Assembly (NCBI GenBank): GCA_016235545.1
Contig: JACRKB010000189.1
Location: 1,863-65,862, forward strand
Reading direction: 5' to 3'
Source of the DNA: Verrucomicrobiota bacterium
GTDB lineage: Bacteria > Verrucomicrobiota > Verrucomicrobiia > Limisphaerales > SXTU01
DNA length: 64,000 bases
Under the pieces are notes generated by a model, which was not told the origin of the DNA, searched no databases, and saw nothing but the letters and a program-made list of their open reading frames with translations. Every line of letters starts with the position of its first letter. The stretch's first letter is position 1. Made by a program: the position numbers and the translations under genes. Positions 55,204 to 64,000 of the stretch are shown piece by piece.

Positions 55204-55923
55204 ATGCCGAAGCAGATTGCTGAAATGCTCATCGAGTCGGTGACGATGGAGCTGCCCGACACGAAGACCCTCCGCCTCAAATGGCCGGAGGGTTATGACG
55301 TGGATTTCAAGACGGGGCAGTTCATCACGGTGTATTGGCCGGACACGCCGACCTACAAACGCGCTTACTCGCTGAGTTCCTGCGCGCTGGACCGGGGCTT
55401 TTATGAGGTGACGGTGAAGCGCGACGGCAAGATGGGCACGCGCCTCGTGGACTGGGCCAAGCCGGGCGACAAACTCGGAGTCATCGAGCCGGTCGGCAAG
55501 TTCCTCCCCATCTTCGACCCGCCGGGCAAGCACCTCGTCTGCATCGCGGGCGGCAGCGGGGTGACGCCCTTCCGTGCGTTTGCCCGCGAGGCCACGCGCC
55601 GCGAACTCGACACCCGGCTCACCATCCTCTACAGCGTCCGCACGACCAACGACATCATCTTCCGCGAGGAGTTTCAGCAGCTCGAACAGGAGAACGAGCG
55701 TTTCGACTTCTACGTCACTTGCACGCGCCTGCATCCCGATGACCCGTGGACGGGTCGGCGCGGTCGCATCACCGCCGACTGGGTGAAGGAACACGTTCAC
55801 GACCTGCCCAACACCGTCTTCTACGCCTGCGGCACAAACGAACTGGTCGAAGCCACCGAGCGTCTCGTGCTGGACGAACTCAAGCTGCCGAAAGAGCAGA
55901 TGAAGACGGAGAAGTGGGGATAG
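55204..55923 (+). CDS. Ferredoxin-NADP reductase-like FAD/NAD(P)-binding oxidoreductase
   Basis: RAYSLSS (RxYS FAD motif), GKMGTRL and LVCIAGGSGVTPF (NAD(P) motif). Confidence 0.8.
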   Translation: MPKQIAEMLIESVTMELPDTKTLRLKWPEGYDVDFKTGQFITVYWPDTPTYKRAYSLSSCALDRGFYEVTVKRDGKMGTRLVDWAKPGDKLGVIEPVGKFLPIFDPPGKHLVCIAGGSGVTPFRAFAREATRRELDTRLTILYSVRTTNDIIFREEFQQLEQENERFDFYVTCTRLHPDDPWTGRRGRITADWVKEHVHDLPNTVFYACGTNELVEATERLVLDELKLPKEQMKTEKWG

Positions 55924-55927
55924 CCAA

Positions 55928-56000
55928 ACGCGGAGCTCGGAACGCGGAACGCGGAATCAAGAACTGAAACTCGAAACCCAAAACTCAAAACCCGAAACTG
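55928..56000 (+). repeat. Short tandem motifs in an A/C-rich leader
   Basis: CGGAACG appears about three times (55938-55958). GAAACTCGAAACCC, AAAACTCAAAACCC and GAAACTG follow at 55966-56000, immediately upstream of the DUF3088 gene. Confidence 0.5.
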
Positions 56001-56007
56001 CGCCAGA

Positions 56008-56355
56008 ATGCACCGCGACATCCTCTTCCTCCTCAAGCACGACTTCCCCGACGGCCCCGGCACGCCCTACTACTGCCCCGAGTGCGCGCAACTCACCGGC
56101 GTGCTCGCCTACTACCCGCAGCTCCGCCACGTGCTGGACTTGCGCTACGTGGACTTCCCGCGCCCTCGGAAGGAAATCCTCTCGCTCATCGGCGAGGCGA
56201 ACCAGAGCTGCCCTGTCCTCGTCATCGCGGACGGCCCGCCTGCCAATGTGCAAGGCGTCGAGATCGGCACCTTCAACGGCCTGCACTTCGTCTCCGGCGC
56301 GGCGGCGATTGGGAATTACCTGGCGCAGGTGCATGGCGTGGGCAGGCCGCACTAA
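56008..56355 (+). CDS. DUF3088 family protein
   Basis: LFLLKHDFPDGPG.PYYCPECAQLTGVLAYYPQLRHVLDLRYVDFPRPR....L.GEANQSCPVLV matches my recollection of the DUF3088 consensus. Confidence 0.65.
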   Translation: MHRDILFLLKHDFPDGPGTPYYCPECAQLTGVLAYYPQLRHVLDLRYVDFPRPRKEILSLIGEANQSCPVLVIADGPPANVQGVEIGTFNGLHFVSGAAAIGNYLAQVHGVGRPH

Positions 56356-56369
56356 ACAGGTTCAACCTG

Positions 56370-56801
56370 ATGGACCTCGACCCGAAGAGTCTGAAACTCG
56401 ATGAGAACGCCAAGTCGGCGGATGAGAGCCTCCCGGCTTTTCTTGCGCGCCCCGATGATGCGCCGGTCTATCACGGATTTCCGCTTGTCCCTGAAACCAC
56501 AACTGACGGCTGGTGTCTTGGCGCAATTACGGAATACGCCGACCCAAGCGGTTGTGAGAGTGGTGATGCCTTCGTGGTTGCGCCCGATGGTTCACGCGCG
56601 GGCCTAGTCTGGGATGTTGGGGAAGGTGAATTGATGGTGATTTGCCCGCCAGATAACGGACGGTGGGGAGTGTTTCAAGTCTGGTTTCCGAAGCCGACCC
56701 GAGACACGGCTGATTTGGTGGACTGCTTTCGAGCGATTCTCCCCGCCCTCAAACAAGCATTTTCGGAACATCAGTCCGGTCAGACCAATCCTGTTTCATG
56801 A
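56370..56801 (+). CDS. Hypothetical protein (143 aa)
   Basis: ATG at 56370. ATGA overlap with the gcvT start. No recognisable domain. Confidence 0.45.
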   Translation: MDLDPKSLKLDENAKSADESLPAFLARPDDAPVYHGFPLVPETTTDGWCLGAITEYADPSGCESGDAFVVAPDGSRAGLVWDVGEGELMVICPPDNGRWGVFQVWFPKPTRDTADLVDCFRAILPALKQAFSEHQSGQTNPVS

Positions 56802-57931
56802 CTCTCAAGCGCACTCCTCTCTTCTCCGCCCACCAGCGCGCGGGCGGCAAGCTCATCGAATTCGGCGGGTGGGAAATGCCGGTCCAGTATTCCACCATCA
56901 CGGACGAGCATCTCTGCGTCCGCCGTGCGGCCGGCATCTTCGACATCTCGCACATGGGCGAGGTCATCGTGCGCGGGCCGGCGGCGGCGGCGTTCCTCAA
57001 CGCCACGCTTACCAACGACGTGCGCAAGCTCGTCGTCGGCCTCGGCCAATACACGCTCATGTGCCACGAGCACGGCGGGGTGATTGACGACCTCTACGCC
57101 TATCGCCTCGGCGCGGAGGAATACCTGCTCATCATCAACGCCTCGCGCATCGAGCCGGATGTGGCGTGGTTGCAGGAGCACCTTGGGGCCTTCCCACAGC
57201 ACGCGGACGTGACGCTCGCGAACCTCTCCGACCACACCGCCGCCGTCGCCATCCAAGGGCCGAAGACGCCCGGCTTGCTCGACCAGCTTTTCCCCGCCGC
57301 TTCCACCGGCGGCACGCACGTCGCGAAGCCGAGCGAGCTGACGAAGAACCAGATTGCGCAGTTTGCGTTCGACGGCCAGCCCGTCTGCGTGGCGCGCACG
57401 GGCTACAGCGGCGAGGACGGCTTCGAGGTCATCACGCCCGCGACGCTCGTCGAGGCGGTCTGGGACAAGGCGCTGAATCTTGGCCATCAGTTCTGCCTCC
57501 AGCCCTGCGGCCTCGGCGCGCGCGACACGTTGCGCACGGAGGTTTGCTACCCGCTCTACGGCCACGAGCTGGACGAGAACACCACGCCCGTCGAGGCCGG
57601 CGTCGGCTTCTTCGTCGCGCTGGACAAAGGCGACTTCGTTGGGCGCTCCGTGCTCGCGGAGCAGAAGGCGAGCGGCACGAAGAAGAAGCTCGTCGCCTTC
57701 AAGATGACGGACAAGGCCCCGCCGCCGCGTCCGCACTATCCGATTTGGGTAGGTGGCGCAGCGGTGGGTGAAGTCGTCAGCGGCACGCAAAGCCCGTCGC
57801 TGAACAACGGCATCGGCATGGGCTACGTCCCGCCGCAGTTAGCAGAGGTGGGCAGGAAGATTGAGATTGAGATTCGCGGTCGCCGCTTCGCCGCCGAGAT
57901 TGTGAAGAAGCCGATTTACAAGAAGGCGTAG
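56798..57931 (+). CDS. gcvT: Glycine cleavage system aminomethyltransferase (T protein)
   Basis: KRTPLFSAHQRAGGKLIEFGGWEMPVQYS.I.DEH..VR..AGIFDISHMGE, RTGYSGEDGFE, LGARDTLR.E....YGHEL. Confidence 0.95.
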   Translation: MTLKRTPLFSAHQRAGGKLIEFGGWEMPVQYSTITDEHLCVRRAAGIFDISHMGEVIVRGPAAAAFLNATLTNDVRKLVVGLGQYTLMCHEHGGVIDDLYAYRLGAEEYLLIINASRIEPDVAWLQEHLGAFPQHADVTLANLSDHTAAVAIQGPKTPGLLDQLFPAASTGGTHVAKPSELTKNQIAQFAFDGQPVCVARTGYSGEDGFEVITPATLVEAVWDKALNLGHQFCLQPCGLGARDTLRTEVCYPLYGHELDENTTPVEAGVGFFVALDKGDFVGRSVLAEQKASGTKKKLVAFKMTDKAPPPRPHYPIWVGGAAVGEVVSGTQSPSLNNGIGMGYVPPQLAEVGRKIEIEIRGRRFAAEIVKKPIYKKA

Positions 57932-57992
57932 GAAGGCAGAGCCTGCGCGTGTCTTGCGAAATCATGGGCGCCGGCCGGCCCTCCCACATCCG

Positions 57993-59714
57993 ATGACCAA
58001 ACTCACAGATCTCACCACCGGACTCGTCCTGTCATGGTCCGTCTCCGTGACTCATTCCCTCGCCCACGATGTGGGCGACGCCGAGCACGACGGAGCCGCG
58101 CCGCACCACGGTTTCGCTTCATCGGAAGTCGTTCGATTGCGCGGGTCGCAACTGCGCGCAGGCATTGTGCTTGTGGCTCAGGCGCAGCGCCCGCTCCGGC
58201 CCGCCGCCGCGAATGCGATGCCGCCGAAGGCCGCGCCATTCCAAGCGTTCGCGCCGAAAGTGAAGGTCCGCGCCGACGGGCAGTTCCTCTACGTTGAGTC
58301 CGACGGCATGCCGGCGCACAACATGATGGTCGGCATCACTGCATGGCAGCAGCAGGTGCCGTTGCCGCAGGCTTACACGGGCAACAACGCGTGGCGCATC
58401 CCGCTGAATCCGGTGCCGTCGAAAAATCCACCGTCCATCAAGGGCCGGTTCCTGCGCGGTGCCATCGCGCTCGCGGCGAACGGCATTCCCATTTTCAACC
58501 CGCAGAACAACCGTGGCGAAGTCTCGCAGGAGATTGGCGAGTTGGACCAATGGGGTGGCCACTGCGGGCGTGCGGATGATTACCATTACCACGCCGCGCC
58601 GTTGCACTTGCAGGCGATGGTCGGCAAGGGCGCGCCCATCGCTTTCGCGCTCGATGGCTACGCGATTTACGGCCTCACGGAGCCGGACGGTTCCGCGCCT
58701 AGGAAGCTCGACGCCTTCAACGGCCACGAGACGCCTGCGCTCGGTTATCACTATCACGGCTCGACGAAGTATCCTTACGTGAATGGTGGTTTTCACGGCG
58801 AGGTCACCGAGCGCGATGGCCAGGTGGACCCGCAGCCACGCGCGCAGCCGATGCGGCAGGACCTGCCGCCGTTGCGCGGCGCGCGCATCACGGGCTTCAC
58901 GACGAAGGACAAGAGCTACAGCCTGAAGTATGAGGTCGGTGGCGAAGCGCGCTTCGTGAATTACGCGCTCAACGACAACGGCTCGGTGAAATTCGACTAC
59001 GTGGATGGTCGTGGTCAGGTCAAGTCGGAGACTTACACGCAGCGACCCGGAGGCGGCGACCGTCCTCCCGGCGAGCCAAAGGGCAAGGACGGAAAGAAGA
59101 AAGGCCCCGGCAAGGGCGACCGTCCGCCGCCGCCACCCGACGGACCGGACGCGCGTGGCCCCGGCGGCAGTCCTTACGTTCCGAACCCGGCGGCGAATTA
59201 CACACCGAAGCGCAGCGGCAATTTCATTCTACGCAGTCCCGCCGTGGTCAGCGGCGGCGCGCTGCCGGTGGAGTTCACCGGCGACGGAGCCGGCGCGACT
59301 CCGCCGCTGGAGTGGAGCGGGGCACCGTCAGGCACGAAGAGTTTCGCGGTCATCATGCACCACAGCCCCGGCCCCGGAGACTCGAAGTGGTATTGGACGC
59401 TCTACAACATTCCCGCGACCGTCCAGAGCCTGCCGAAGAACGTGCAAGGCGTCGGCGCGCTCGGGAGCAACAGCGTGAACCGTCGCCCCGGCTATGCGCC
59501 GCCGCACTCGAAAGGCCCCGGCGTGAAGACCTACACCCTCACCGCCTACGCGCTCTCCGCGCCCGTGCAAATCTCCACGCCGGCCACCGAGGTGAACCGC
59601 GACGCGCTGCTCGTCGCAATGAAAGACCTCATCCTCGACAGCGCGGAGCTGAAAGTGACTTACGACCGAACGGGCATTGTCGGAAGCGCGCCGAACGGGG
59701 AGAAGAAGCAGTGA
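57993..59714 (+). CDS. Secreted fusion protein: YHYH domain plus Pro/Gly/Lys-rich linker plus PEBP (YbhB/YbcL-like) domain
   Basis: GGHCGRADDYHYHAAP and GYHYHGSTKYPYVNGGFHG are YHYH-domain motifs. Linker: RPGGGDRPPGEPKGKDGKKKGPGKGDRPPPPPDGPD. The C-terminal LPVEFTGDG...PPLEWSGAPSGTKSFAVIMHH...GYAPPHSKGPGVKTYTLTAYAL resembles bacterial PEBP proteins. Confidence 0.65.
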   Translation: MTKLTDLTTGLVLSWSVSVTHSLAHDVGDAEHDGAAPHHGFASSEVVRLRGSQLRAGIVLVAQAQRPLRPAAANAMPPKAAPFQAFAPKVKVRADGQFLYVESDGMPAHNMMVGITAWQQQVPLPQAYTGNNAWRIPLNPVPSKNPPSIKGRFLRGAIALAANGIPIFNPQNNRGEVSQEIGELDQWGGHCGRADDYHYHAAPLHLQAMVGKGAPIAFALDGYAIYGLTEPDGSAPRKLDAFNGHETPALGYHYHGSTKYPYVNGGFHGEVTERDGQVDPQPRAQPMRQDLPPLRGARITGFTTKDKSYSLKYEVGGEARFVNYALNDNGSVKFDYVDGRGQVKSETYTQRPGGGDRPPGEPKGKDGKKKGPGKGDRPPPPPDGPDARGPGGSPYVPNPAANYTPKRSGNFILRSPAVVSGGALPVEFTGDGAGATPPLEWSGAPSGTKSFAVIMHHSPGPGDSKWYWTLYNIPATVQSLPKNVQGVGALGSNSVNRRPGYAPPHSKGPGVKTYTLTAYALSAPVQISTPATEVNRDALLVAMKDLILDSAELKVTYDRTGIVGSAPNGEKKQ

Positions 59715-59751
59715 ACCCTCTGCTCTTAGAAGCAGAACTGAACGGGACGTT

Positions 59752-59770
59752 GGCGGGACAATTGCCCGCC
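59752..59770 (+). terminator. Possible terminator hairpin after the YHYH-PEBP gene
   Basis: GGCGGG-ACAATTG-CCCGCC followed by GCTTTCCTC. A second hairpin, CTGCT-CTTAGA-AGCAG, lies at 59720-59735. The T tract is weak. Confidence 0.3.
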
Positions 59771-59873
59771 GCTTTCCTCGGCTTGGCGTATTTCTGGTCT
59801 TGCTGACATTCTCCGAGTGAAGCTGCGCGCCGACTTTACATTGGCTGGGGTCATCACCACAATTCGCCTCAAC

Positions 59874-60260
59874 ATGAGCATGCAAGTTCCCGCTGATTTG
59901 AAATATGCCAAGAGCCACGAGTGGTTGCGCGTCGCCGGCGACGTGGCGACCGTGGGCATCACCGACCACGCGCAGCACGAGCTGACGGACATCGTGTTCG
60001 TCGAGTTGCCCGCCGTGGGCCGCAAGGTGAAGGCTGGCGAGGCGTGCGCGGTGGTCGAGTCCGTGAAGACCGCCAGTGACATCTACGCACCAGTGAGCGG
60101 CGAGGTGGTCGAGGTGAACAAGCCAGTGACGGATGACCCCGGGTTGGTGAACGGCGAGCCCTTCGCGGCGGGCTGGTTCTTCAAGCTGAAGCTGACGAAC
60201 GCGGCGGAGGTGGGAGCGCTCCTGACGCCGGAGGCGTATCGCACGCAGATTGGTGGGTGA
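59874..60260 (+). CDS. gcvH: Glycine cleavage system H protein (lipoyl carrier)
   Basis: [10 protein letters not shown]...[22 protein letters not shown], the lipoyl-lysine motif VESVKTASD, and NG.P...GWFFKLK. Confidence 0.95.
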   Translation: MSMQVPADLKYAKSHEWLRVAGDVATVGITDHAQHELTDIVFVELPAVGRKVKAGEACAVVESVKTASDIYAPVSGEVVEVNKPVTDDPGLVNGEPFAAGWFFKLKLTNAAEVGALLTPEAYRTQIGG

Positions 60261-60375
60261 GGTGCGAGTTGATAGGGGGGGAGTTGATAGTTGATGGACG
60301 GGCAATGGCGTTCGGACACGGCGCGCGATTCTCAACCATCAACTCCCCAACTCTCAACTTCCCCGCCCCTCGCAC

Positions 60376-61032
60376 TCACGCCGACACAATGTTGTTCCTC
60401 ACCGCGTAGCGGACGAGTTCGCCGACGGAGTGGAAACGCAGCTTGCGCATGATGTTCGTGCGGTGCGTCTCGACGGTCTTCACGCTGATGTTCAGGACGC
60501 TGGCGGCTTCCTTGTTGCTCTTCCCCTCGGCCAGCAGTTGCACGATTTCCTTCTCGCGCGGCGTCAGGCGGCTGCCGATGTCCTCGGCCTCGATGGCCTG
60601 CGCGCCTTCCTTGAGCGTGCTGTCGGAGACCATCTGCGAGATGCGCGAGGTGAAGTAGTTCTTGTGCGCGCTGACGGATTTCACGGCTGCGACCAGCTCG
60701 CGCCCGGCGTCGGACTTGAGGATGTAGCCGCGCGCGCCGACCTTGAGCACCTCGCTGGCGATTTGCTCGGACTCGTGGACGGTGAGGATGAGAATCTCGG
60801 TGTGCGGCAGGAGTTTCTTGATTTGGCGCGCGGCTTCGAGGCCGTTCAACTCCGGCATCGTCACGTCGAGGATGCAGACCTCCGGCGTGGTGGCCTTGGC
60901 CTTCTCGACGGCCTGGCGGCCGGTGCCGGCCTCGGCGACGACCTGCCAGCCGGGCTGGTCGTCGAGGAGCGCCTTCATGCCGGCGCGAACGATGTCGTGG
61001 TCGTCTGCGATCAGTAGTTTTAGAATGCTCAT
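60376..61032 (-). CDS. NarL/LuxR family response regulator
   Basis: REC domain: LLIADDHDIVRAGMKALL, ILDVTMPELNG. LuxR HTH: LTPREKEIVQLLAEGKSNKEAASVLNISVKTVETHR. Confidence 0.9.
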   Translation of the reverse strand: MSILKLLIADDHDIVRAGMKALLDDQPGWQVVAEAGTGRQAVEKAKATTPEVCILDVTMPELNGLEAARQIKKLLPHTEILILTVHESEQIASEVLKVGARGYILKSDAGRELVAAVKSVSAHKNYFTSRISQMVSDSTLKEGAQAIEAEDIGSRLTPREKEIVQLLAEGKSNKEAASVLNISVKTVETHRTNIMRKLRFHSVGELVRYAVRNNIVSA

Positions 61033-62237
61033 GATTGTTCCTCCGGTAGCGGCACCACGACCATCACGGTGGTGCCGCGGCTGTTCGAGTTGATTTCCAA
61101 TGCACCGCCAAATTGTCGCACGCGCTCCCACACGCCCGCCACGCCGACGCCCAGCGCGGAGACGTTGCCATGCACTTTCTCCAGCTTCTCCGGTGGAATG
61201 CCGGTGCCCTCGTCGCGCACTTCGAGGACGATCTCGCCGGGCTGGCGCGTGAGCTTGATGAAGGCAGTCTTGCTGCCGGAATGGCGCGCGACGTTCGTGA
61301 GCGTCTCCTGCACGATGCGGAAGATGGTGACTTCGATGTCGGCGGGCAGGCGGTCGAACTCGGCGGGTGCGTCCACCTCGGTCTTGATGCCGCTGCGCTG
61401 GGTGAAGCCGTTCGCCAGCCACGCAATCGCTGCGAGCAGGCCCGATTCCTCGAGCAGCGGTGGGTGCAGCAGGTAGGAGATGGTGCGGATTTCGCGTGAG
61501 GTCTGCTCGGCTATTGCGGCGGTGTCGGCGATGAGGTTTCTCAACTTCTGCGGCGCTTCGGGGACCATGTTCTCGATGCGCGAGAGGTTGACGGCGATGG
61601 CTGCAAGCGTCTGGCCCGAGTTATCATGCAGCTCACGCGCGATGCGGCGGCGCTCCTGATCCTGCGCGTGCATCAGGTGGCCGGAAAGCTGGCGGAGCAG
61701 CTCCTCCTTGCCCTTGCGGTCAGCGATCTCGGTCTGGAGCGAACTGTTCGCCTTCGTGAGCTCATCAGTGCGGTCGCGCACGCGGCGTTCCATGTCGGAG
61801 AAGGCGCGTTCCAAGGTCTTCTCGCGCCGCCAGCGCTGGAGCGAGATCGCGGCGGCGAGCCACACCATCGCAATGGAGAGCACGCGGTTCGCCATCTCGG
61901 CCCCGTGCGGCCCGCCGAGCGGGCCGCGCATGAAGCCCAATACGGACAGCCCTGTCGCCGCGTAGGCCAGGTAGAGCGCGTGCTGCGTGTTCTGCGACCA
62001 GAGCGCCAGCAATACCGGCGCGACGTAGAACGCGGCGACGGGGGAGTCATCGCGCTGGCCGAGGTCGAGCGTCGCAATGACCAGCAGGCTCAGGCAGGCG
62101 GCGGGGATCTGCCAGTTGGTCACGAGCCATTGCGCCGCAGGGGAACTCAGAGCGGCGGCGGGAGCGCCCAGCCGACGTGCGGTGGACGTCGCGCCGTTCG
62201 AAGCAGCGGTAGGTGCGGACGCGGAAGGTGAGTTCAT
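61029..62237 (-). CDS. Membrane sensor histidine kinase (HisKA_3/NarX-DegS type)
   Basis: Start MNSPSASA at 62237. Hydrophobic N-terminal segments, a coiled-coil, the H-box ERRRIARELHDNSGQTL, and HATPase_c motifs (VRDEGTGIP, GVGVAGVWERV). 4-nt overlap with the response regulator gene. Confidence 0.85.
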   Translation of the reverse strand: MNSPSASAPTAASNGATSTARRLGAPAAALSSPAAQWLVTNWQIPAACLSLLVIATLDLGQRDDSPVAAFYVAPVLLALWSQNTQHALYLAYAATGLSVLGFMRGPLGGPHGAEMANRVLSIAMVWLAAAISLQRWRREKTLERAFSDMERRVRDRTDELTKANSSLQTEIADRKGKEELLRQLSGHLMHAQDQERRRIARELHDNSGQTLAAIAVNLSRIENMVPEAPQKLRNLIADTAAIAEQTSREIRTISYLLHPPLLEESGLLAAIAWLANGFTQRSGIKTEVDAPAEFDRLPADIEVTIFRIVQETLTNVARHSGSKTAFIKLTRQPGEIVLEVRDEGTGIPPEKLEKVHGNVSALGVGVAGVWERVRQFGGALEINSNSRGTTVMVVVPLPEEQS

Positions 62238-62375
62238 GAGTGCTGACGGGGCGAAGCTAATTCCCGCGCCGGGGCGAAGCAAGTGCGGCACGGTAGGGTG
62301 ATTTGCGGAGAGACACCCTGGCCGCGCGAGCAGCGAGTGTTCGACACCGAATGGCCGCTCGTCTATCAAGCGGGC

Positions 62376-63947
62376 ATGAACTTCTCCTCCCTCGCGGGCT
62401 TGCTGCTCTGCGCGATGGTTACCCTTGCCCCTGCCCAAGACTACGACCTCCTCCTGCGCGGCGGGCGCGTAGCGGATGGCACTGGCAACCCCGCTGTCTC
62501 TGCCGATGTGGCGGTGAAGGGCGGGCGCATTGCCGCCGTCGGGCGCGTCACCGGCACGGCGAAGCGCGTGGTGGACGTGAAGGGGCTGGTGATCGCGCCC
62601 GGCTTCGTGGACACGCACACGCACGCCGAGGGCATCGAAGACCAGCCGCTCGCCGAGAACTTCCTGCGCATGGGCGTCACGACGCTTGTGCTCGGCAACT
62701 GCGGCGGCTCGCGGCTGAACCTCGGCGAGTATTTCAAGGAACTCGAAGCCACGAACATCTCGCCCAACGTCTGTTCGCTCATCGGCCACAACACCGTTCG
62801 CCGGCAGGCGATGGGCGGCTCTTTCCTCCGCCCGCCGACCGATGCGGAGCTGGCGAAGATGAAGGGCTACGTCGAGCAGGGCATGAAAGACGGCGCGGTG
62901 GGGCTGGCGACGGGGCTGATCTACCTGCCCGGCACGTTTGCGAAGACGGAGGAGATTGTGGAACTCGCCAAGGTCGCCGGCGCGCACGGCGGCATATACG
63001 CCAGTCACATGAGGAGCGAGGGTGAAAACATCTTCAAGGCGCTTGATGAGCTCTTCCGCATCGCGCGCGAGGGCGGCACGCGCGGCCACATCTCGCACAT
63101 CAAGCTCTCCGGGAAATCCTACTGGGGCCAGACCGCCAAGGTCATCGCCGCCATCGAAGGCGCGCGTGCCAGCGGCCTCGACATCACGCAGGACCAGTAT
63201 GTATATCCCGCGTCCAGCACGGGACTCTCGCAGCTCATCCCCGACAGCGCGCGCGAGGGCGGCGCGGACAAGTTCCGCGAGCGCATCATCGACCCGGCAC
63301 AGCGGGCGGACATCGCCAAGCGCATGAAGGAAACCCTCCGCAAGCAGGGCCGCGACGACTACAGCTACGCCGTCATCGCGAACTACTCGAAGGATAAATC
63401 GCTCAACGGCCTGAACGTCGTCGAGGCCGCGAAGAAGAAGCGCGGCAACGACTCGCTCGACGACCAGGTGGAGCTGCTGCTGGAGATTGAGAAGAGCGGC
63501 GGTGCCTCCGCCGTCTTCCACGGCATGAGCGAGGACGATTTGCGCGAGTTCGCGAAGCACCCGAACACCATGTTCGCCTCCGACAGCGGCGTGCGGAAGT
63601 TCGGCGAGGGCGTGCCGCACCCGCGCGGCTACGGCAACAACGCCCGCGTGCTCGGCGAGTATGTGCGCGAGGCGAAGCTGCTCCGACTCGAAGACGCCGT
63701 CCGCCGCATGAGCTCGCTCCCCGCGACGACCTTCAAGCTCAAGGACCGCGGTCTCGTGCGCGAAGGCGCGTGGGCCGACATCGTCGTGTTCGACCCCGCG
63801 AAAGTCACGGACAGGGCCACGTTCAAGGAGCCGCACCAATACGCCACTGGCTTCAAGCTCGTCACAGTGAACGGCGTCGTGGTGGTAGAGGACGACAAGC
63901 ACCTCGGCACGCGGCCGGGCAAAGTGATTCGGATGAATCACCAGTAG
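62376..63947 (+). CDS. Secreted N-acyl-D-amino-acid deacylase (D-aminoacylase) family amidohydrolase
   Basis: Signal peptide. DLLLRGGRVADGTGNP....DVAVKGGRIAAVG, VIAPGFVDTHTHAE, HISHIK. Length ~523 aa. Confidence 0.8.
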   Translation: MNFSSLAGLLLCAMVTLAPAQDYDLLLRGGRVADGTGNPAVSADVAVKGGRIAAVGRVTGTAKRVVDVKGLVIAPGFVDTHTHAEGIEDQPLAENFLRMGVTTLVLGNCGGSRLNLGEYFKELEATNISPNVCSLIGHNTVRRQAMGGSFLRPPTDAELAKMKGYVEQGMKDGAVGLATGLIYLPGTFAKTEEIVELAKVAGAHGGIYASHMRSEGENIFKALDELFRIAREGGTRGHISHIKLSGKSYWGQTAKVIAAIEGARASGLDITQDQYVYPASSTGLSQLIPDSAREGGADKFRERIIDPAQRADIAKRMKETLRKQGRDDYSYAVIANYSKDKSLNGLNVVEAAKKKRGNDSLDDQVELLLEIEKSGGASAVFHGMSEDDLREFAKHPNTMFASDSGVRKFGEGVPHPRGYGNNARVLGEYVREAKLLRLEDAVRRMSSLPATTFKLKDRGLVREGAWADIVVFDPAKVTDRATFKEPHQYATGFKLVTVNGVVVVEDDKHLGTRPGKVIRMNHQ

Positions 63948-64000
63948 GTCAGTGCTTCCAGCCTGACATCCATTTGAGAAAAAGCCGCTTGAGCGGGAGC

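Noticed and set aside
55924-56800. Glycine riboswitch upstream of gcvT or gcvH
   Set aside because: I looked for the conserved GGAGAG...CACCG-type cores in 55924-56007, 56356-56369 and 59715-59873 and found none. gcvT is also directly coupled to an upstream ORF. A covariance-model search is still needed for certainty.
60261-60375. Imperfect inverted repeat (GAGTTGATAG motifs versus CCATCAACTCCCCAACTCTCAAC) between convergent gcvH and the response regulator as a bidirectional terminator
   Set aside because: Only about 9 bp pair cleanly, with a ~36-nt loop and no flanking T/A tracts. It is too weak to call.
62238-63941. Upstream ~570 codons of the 970-aa minus-strand ORF 61029-63941
   Set aside because: Only the last 402 codons (from MNSPSASA at 62237) look like a real protein, a histidine kinase. 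The remainder is Arg/Ala/Gly/His-rich, has no motifs and lies exactly antisense to a well-supported D-aminoacylase gene. This is a typical shadow ORF in GC-rich DNA.
1-64000. tRNA, rRNA, prophage, integrase, transposase, toxin-antitoxin or known defense-system genes
   Set aside because: I recognised none on either strand by eye. The only mobile-element-like sequences are the non-coding structured repeats. A tRNAscan/Infernal/defense-finder run would be needed to exclude small or divergent elements.

Overview
GC-rich bacterial chromosomal segment. Its gene content points to the PVC superphylum, most likely Verrucomicrobiota: many prepilin-type H-X9-DG proteins, DUF1080, a DUF1549 remnant, TAT-exported Gfo/Idh/MocA oxidoreductases and Asp-box beta-propellers. 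I recognised no rRNA, tRNA, CRISPR array, transposase, integrase or phage genes. The window has four parts. (1) 98-9073: six pilin-like genes. Four form a head-to-tail tandem array with 22-nt spacers, and two are each followed by a homologous small lipoprotein. This part also holds a DUF1080 protein, a GntR-HTH/sugar-binding regulator and two copies of a ~220-bp structured MITE/REP-like repeat. (2) 9331-26501: a 16-kb co-directional string with tiny gaps or overlapping stop/start codons. It encodes an SMP-30 lactonase, two GSA-like class III PLP enzymes (one fused to an amidohydrolase_2 domain), RidA, an SSS transporter, a PhyH dioxygenase, a beta-helix protein, Asp-box propellers, a multicopper oxidase, a PQQ/EF-hand propeller and a class IV aminotransferase. 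(3) 26589-54508: a divergent oxidoreductase/aldolase locus followed by a ~24-kb plus-strand string. It encodes HpcH and DapA-type aldolases, SDRs, sialidase-superfamily propellers, a Kelch (NanM-like) protein, a CE7 esterase, a sialidase-SGNH fusion and several unknown secreted proteins. (4) 54509-63947: a decayed region (repeat fragment plus DUF1549 pseudogene), an FNR-like reductase, DUF3088, gcvT and gcvH split by a YHYH-PEBP fusion gene, a NarL-type two-component system and a D-aminoacylase. Main hypotheses: a kinase-free, dehydratase-free oxidative and PLP-dependent amino-sugar/nonulosonate catabolic super-locus; a CTGGTC-N9-GACCA palindrome shared between the GntR regulator/pilin promoter and the divergent aldolase locus; and a recurrent pilin-like plus lipoprotein module bracketed by structured repeats. 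All functional calls rest on motif recognition by eye, and none was confirmed by a database search.
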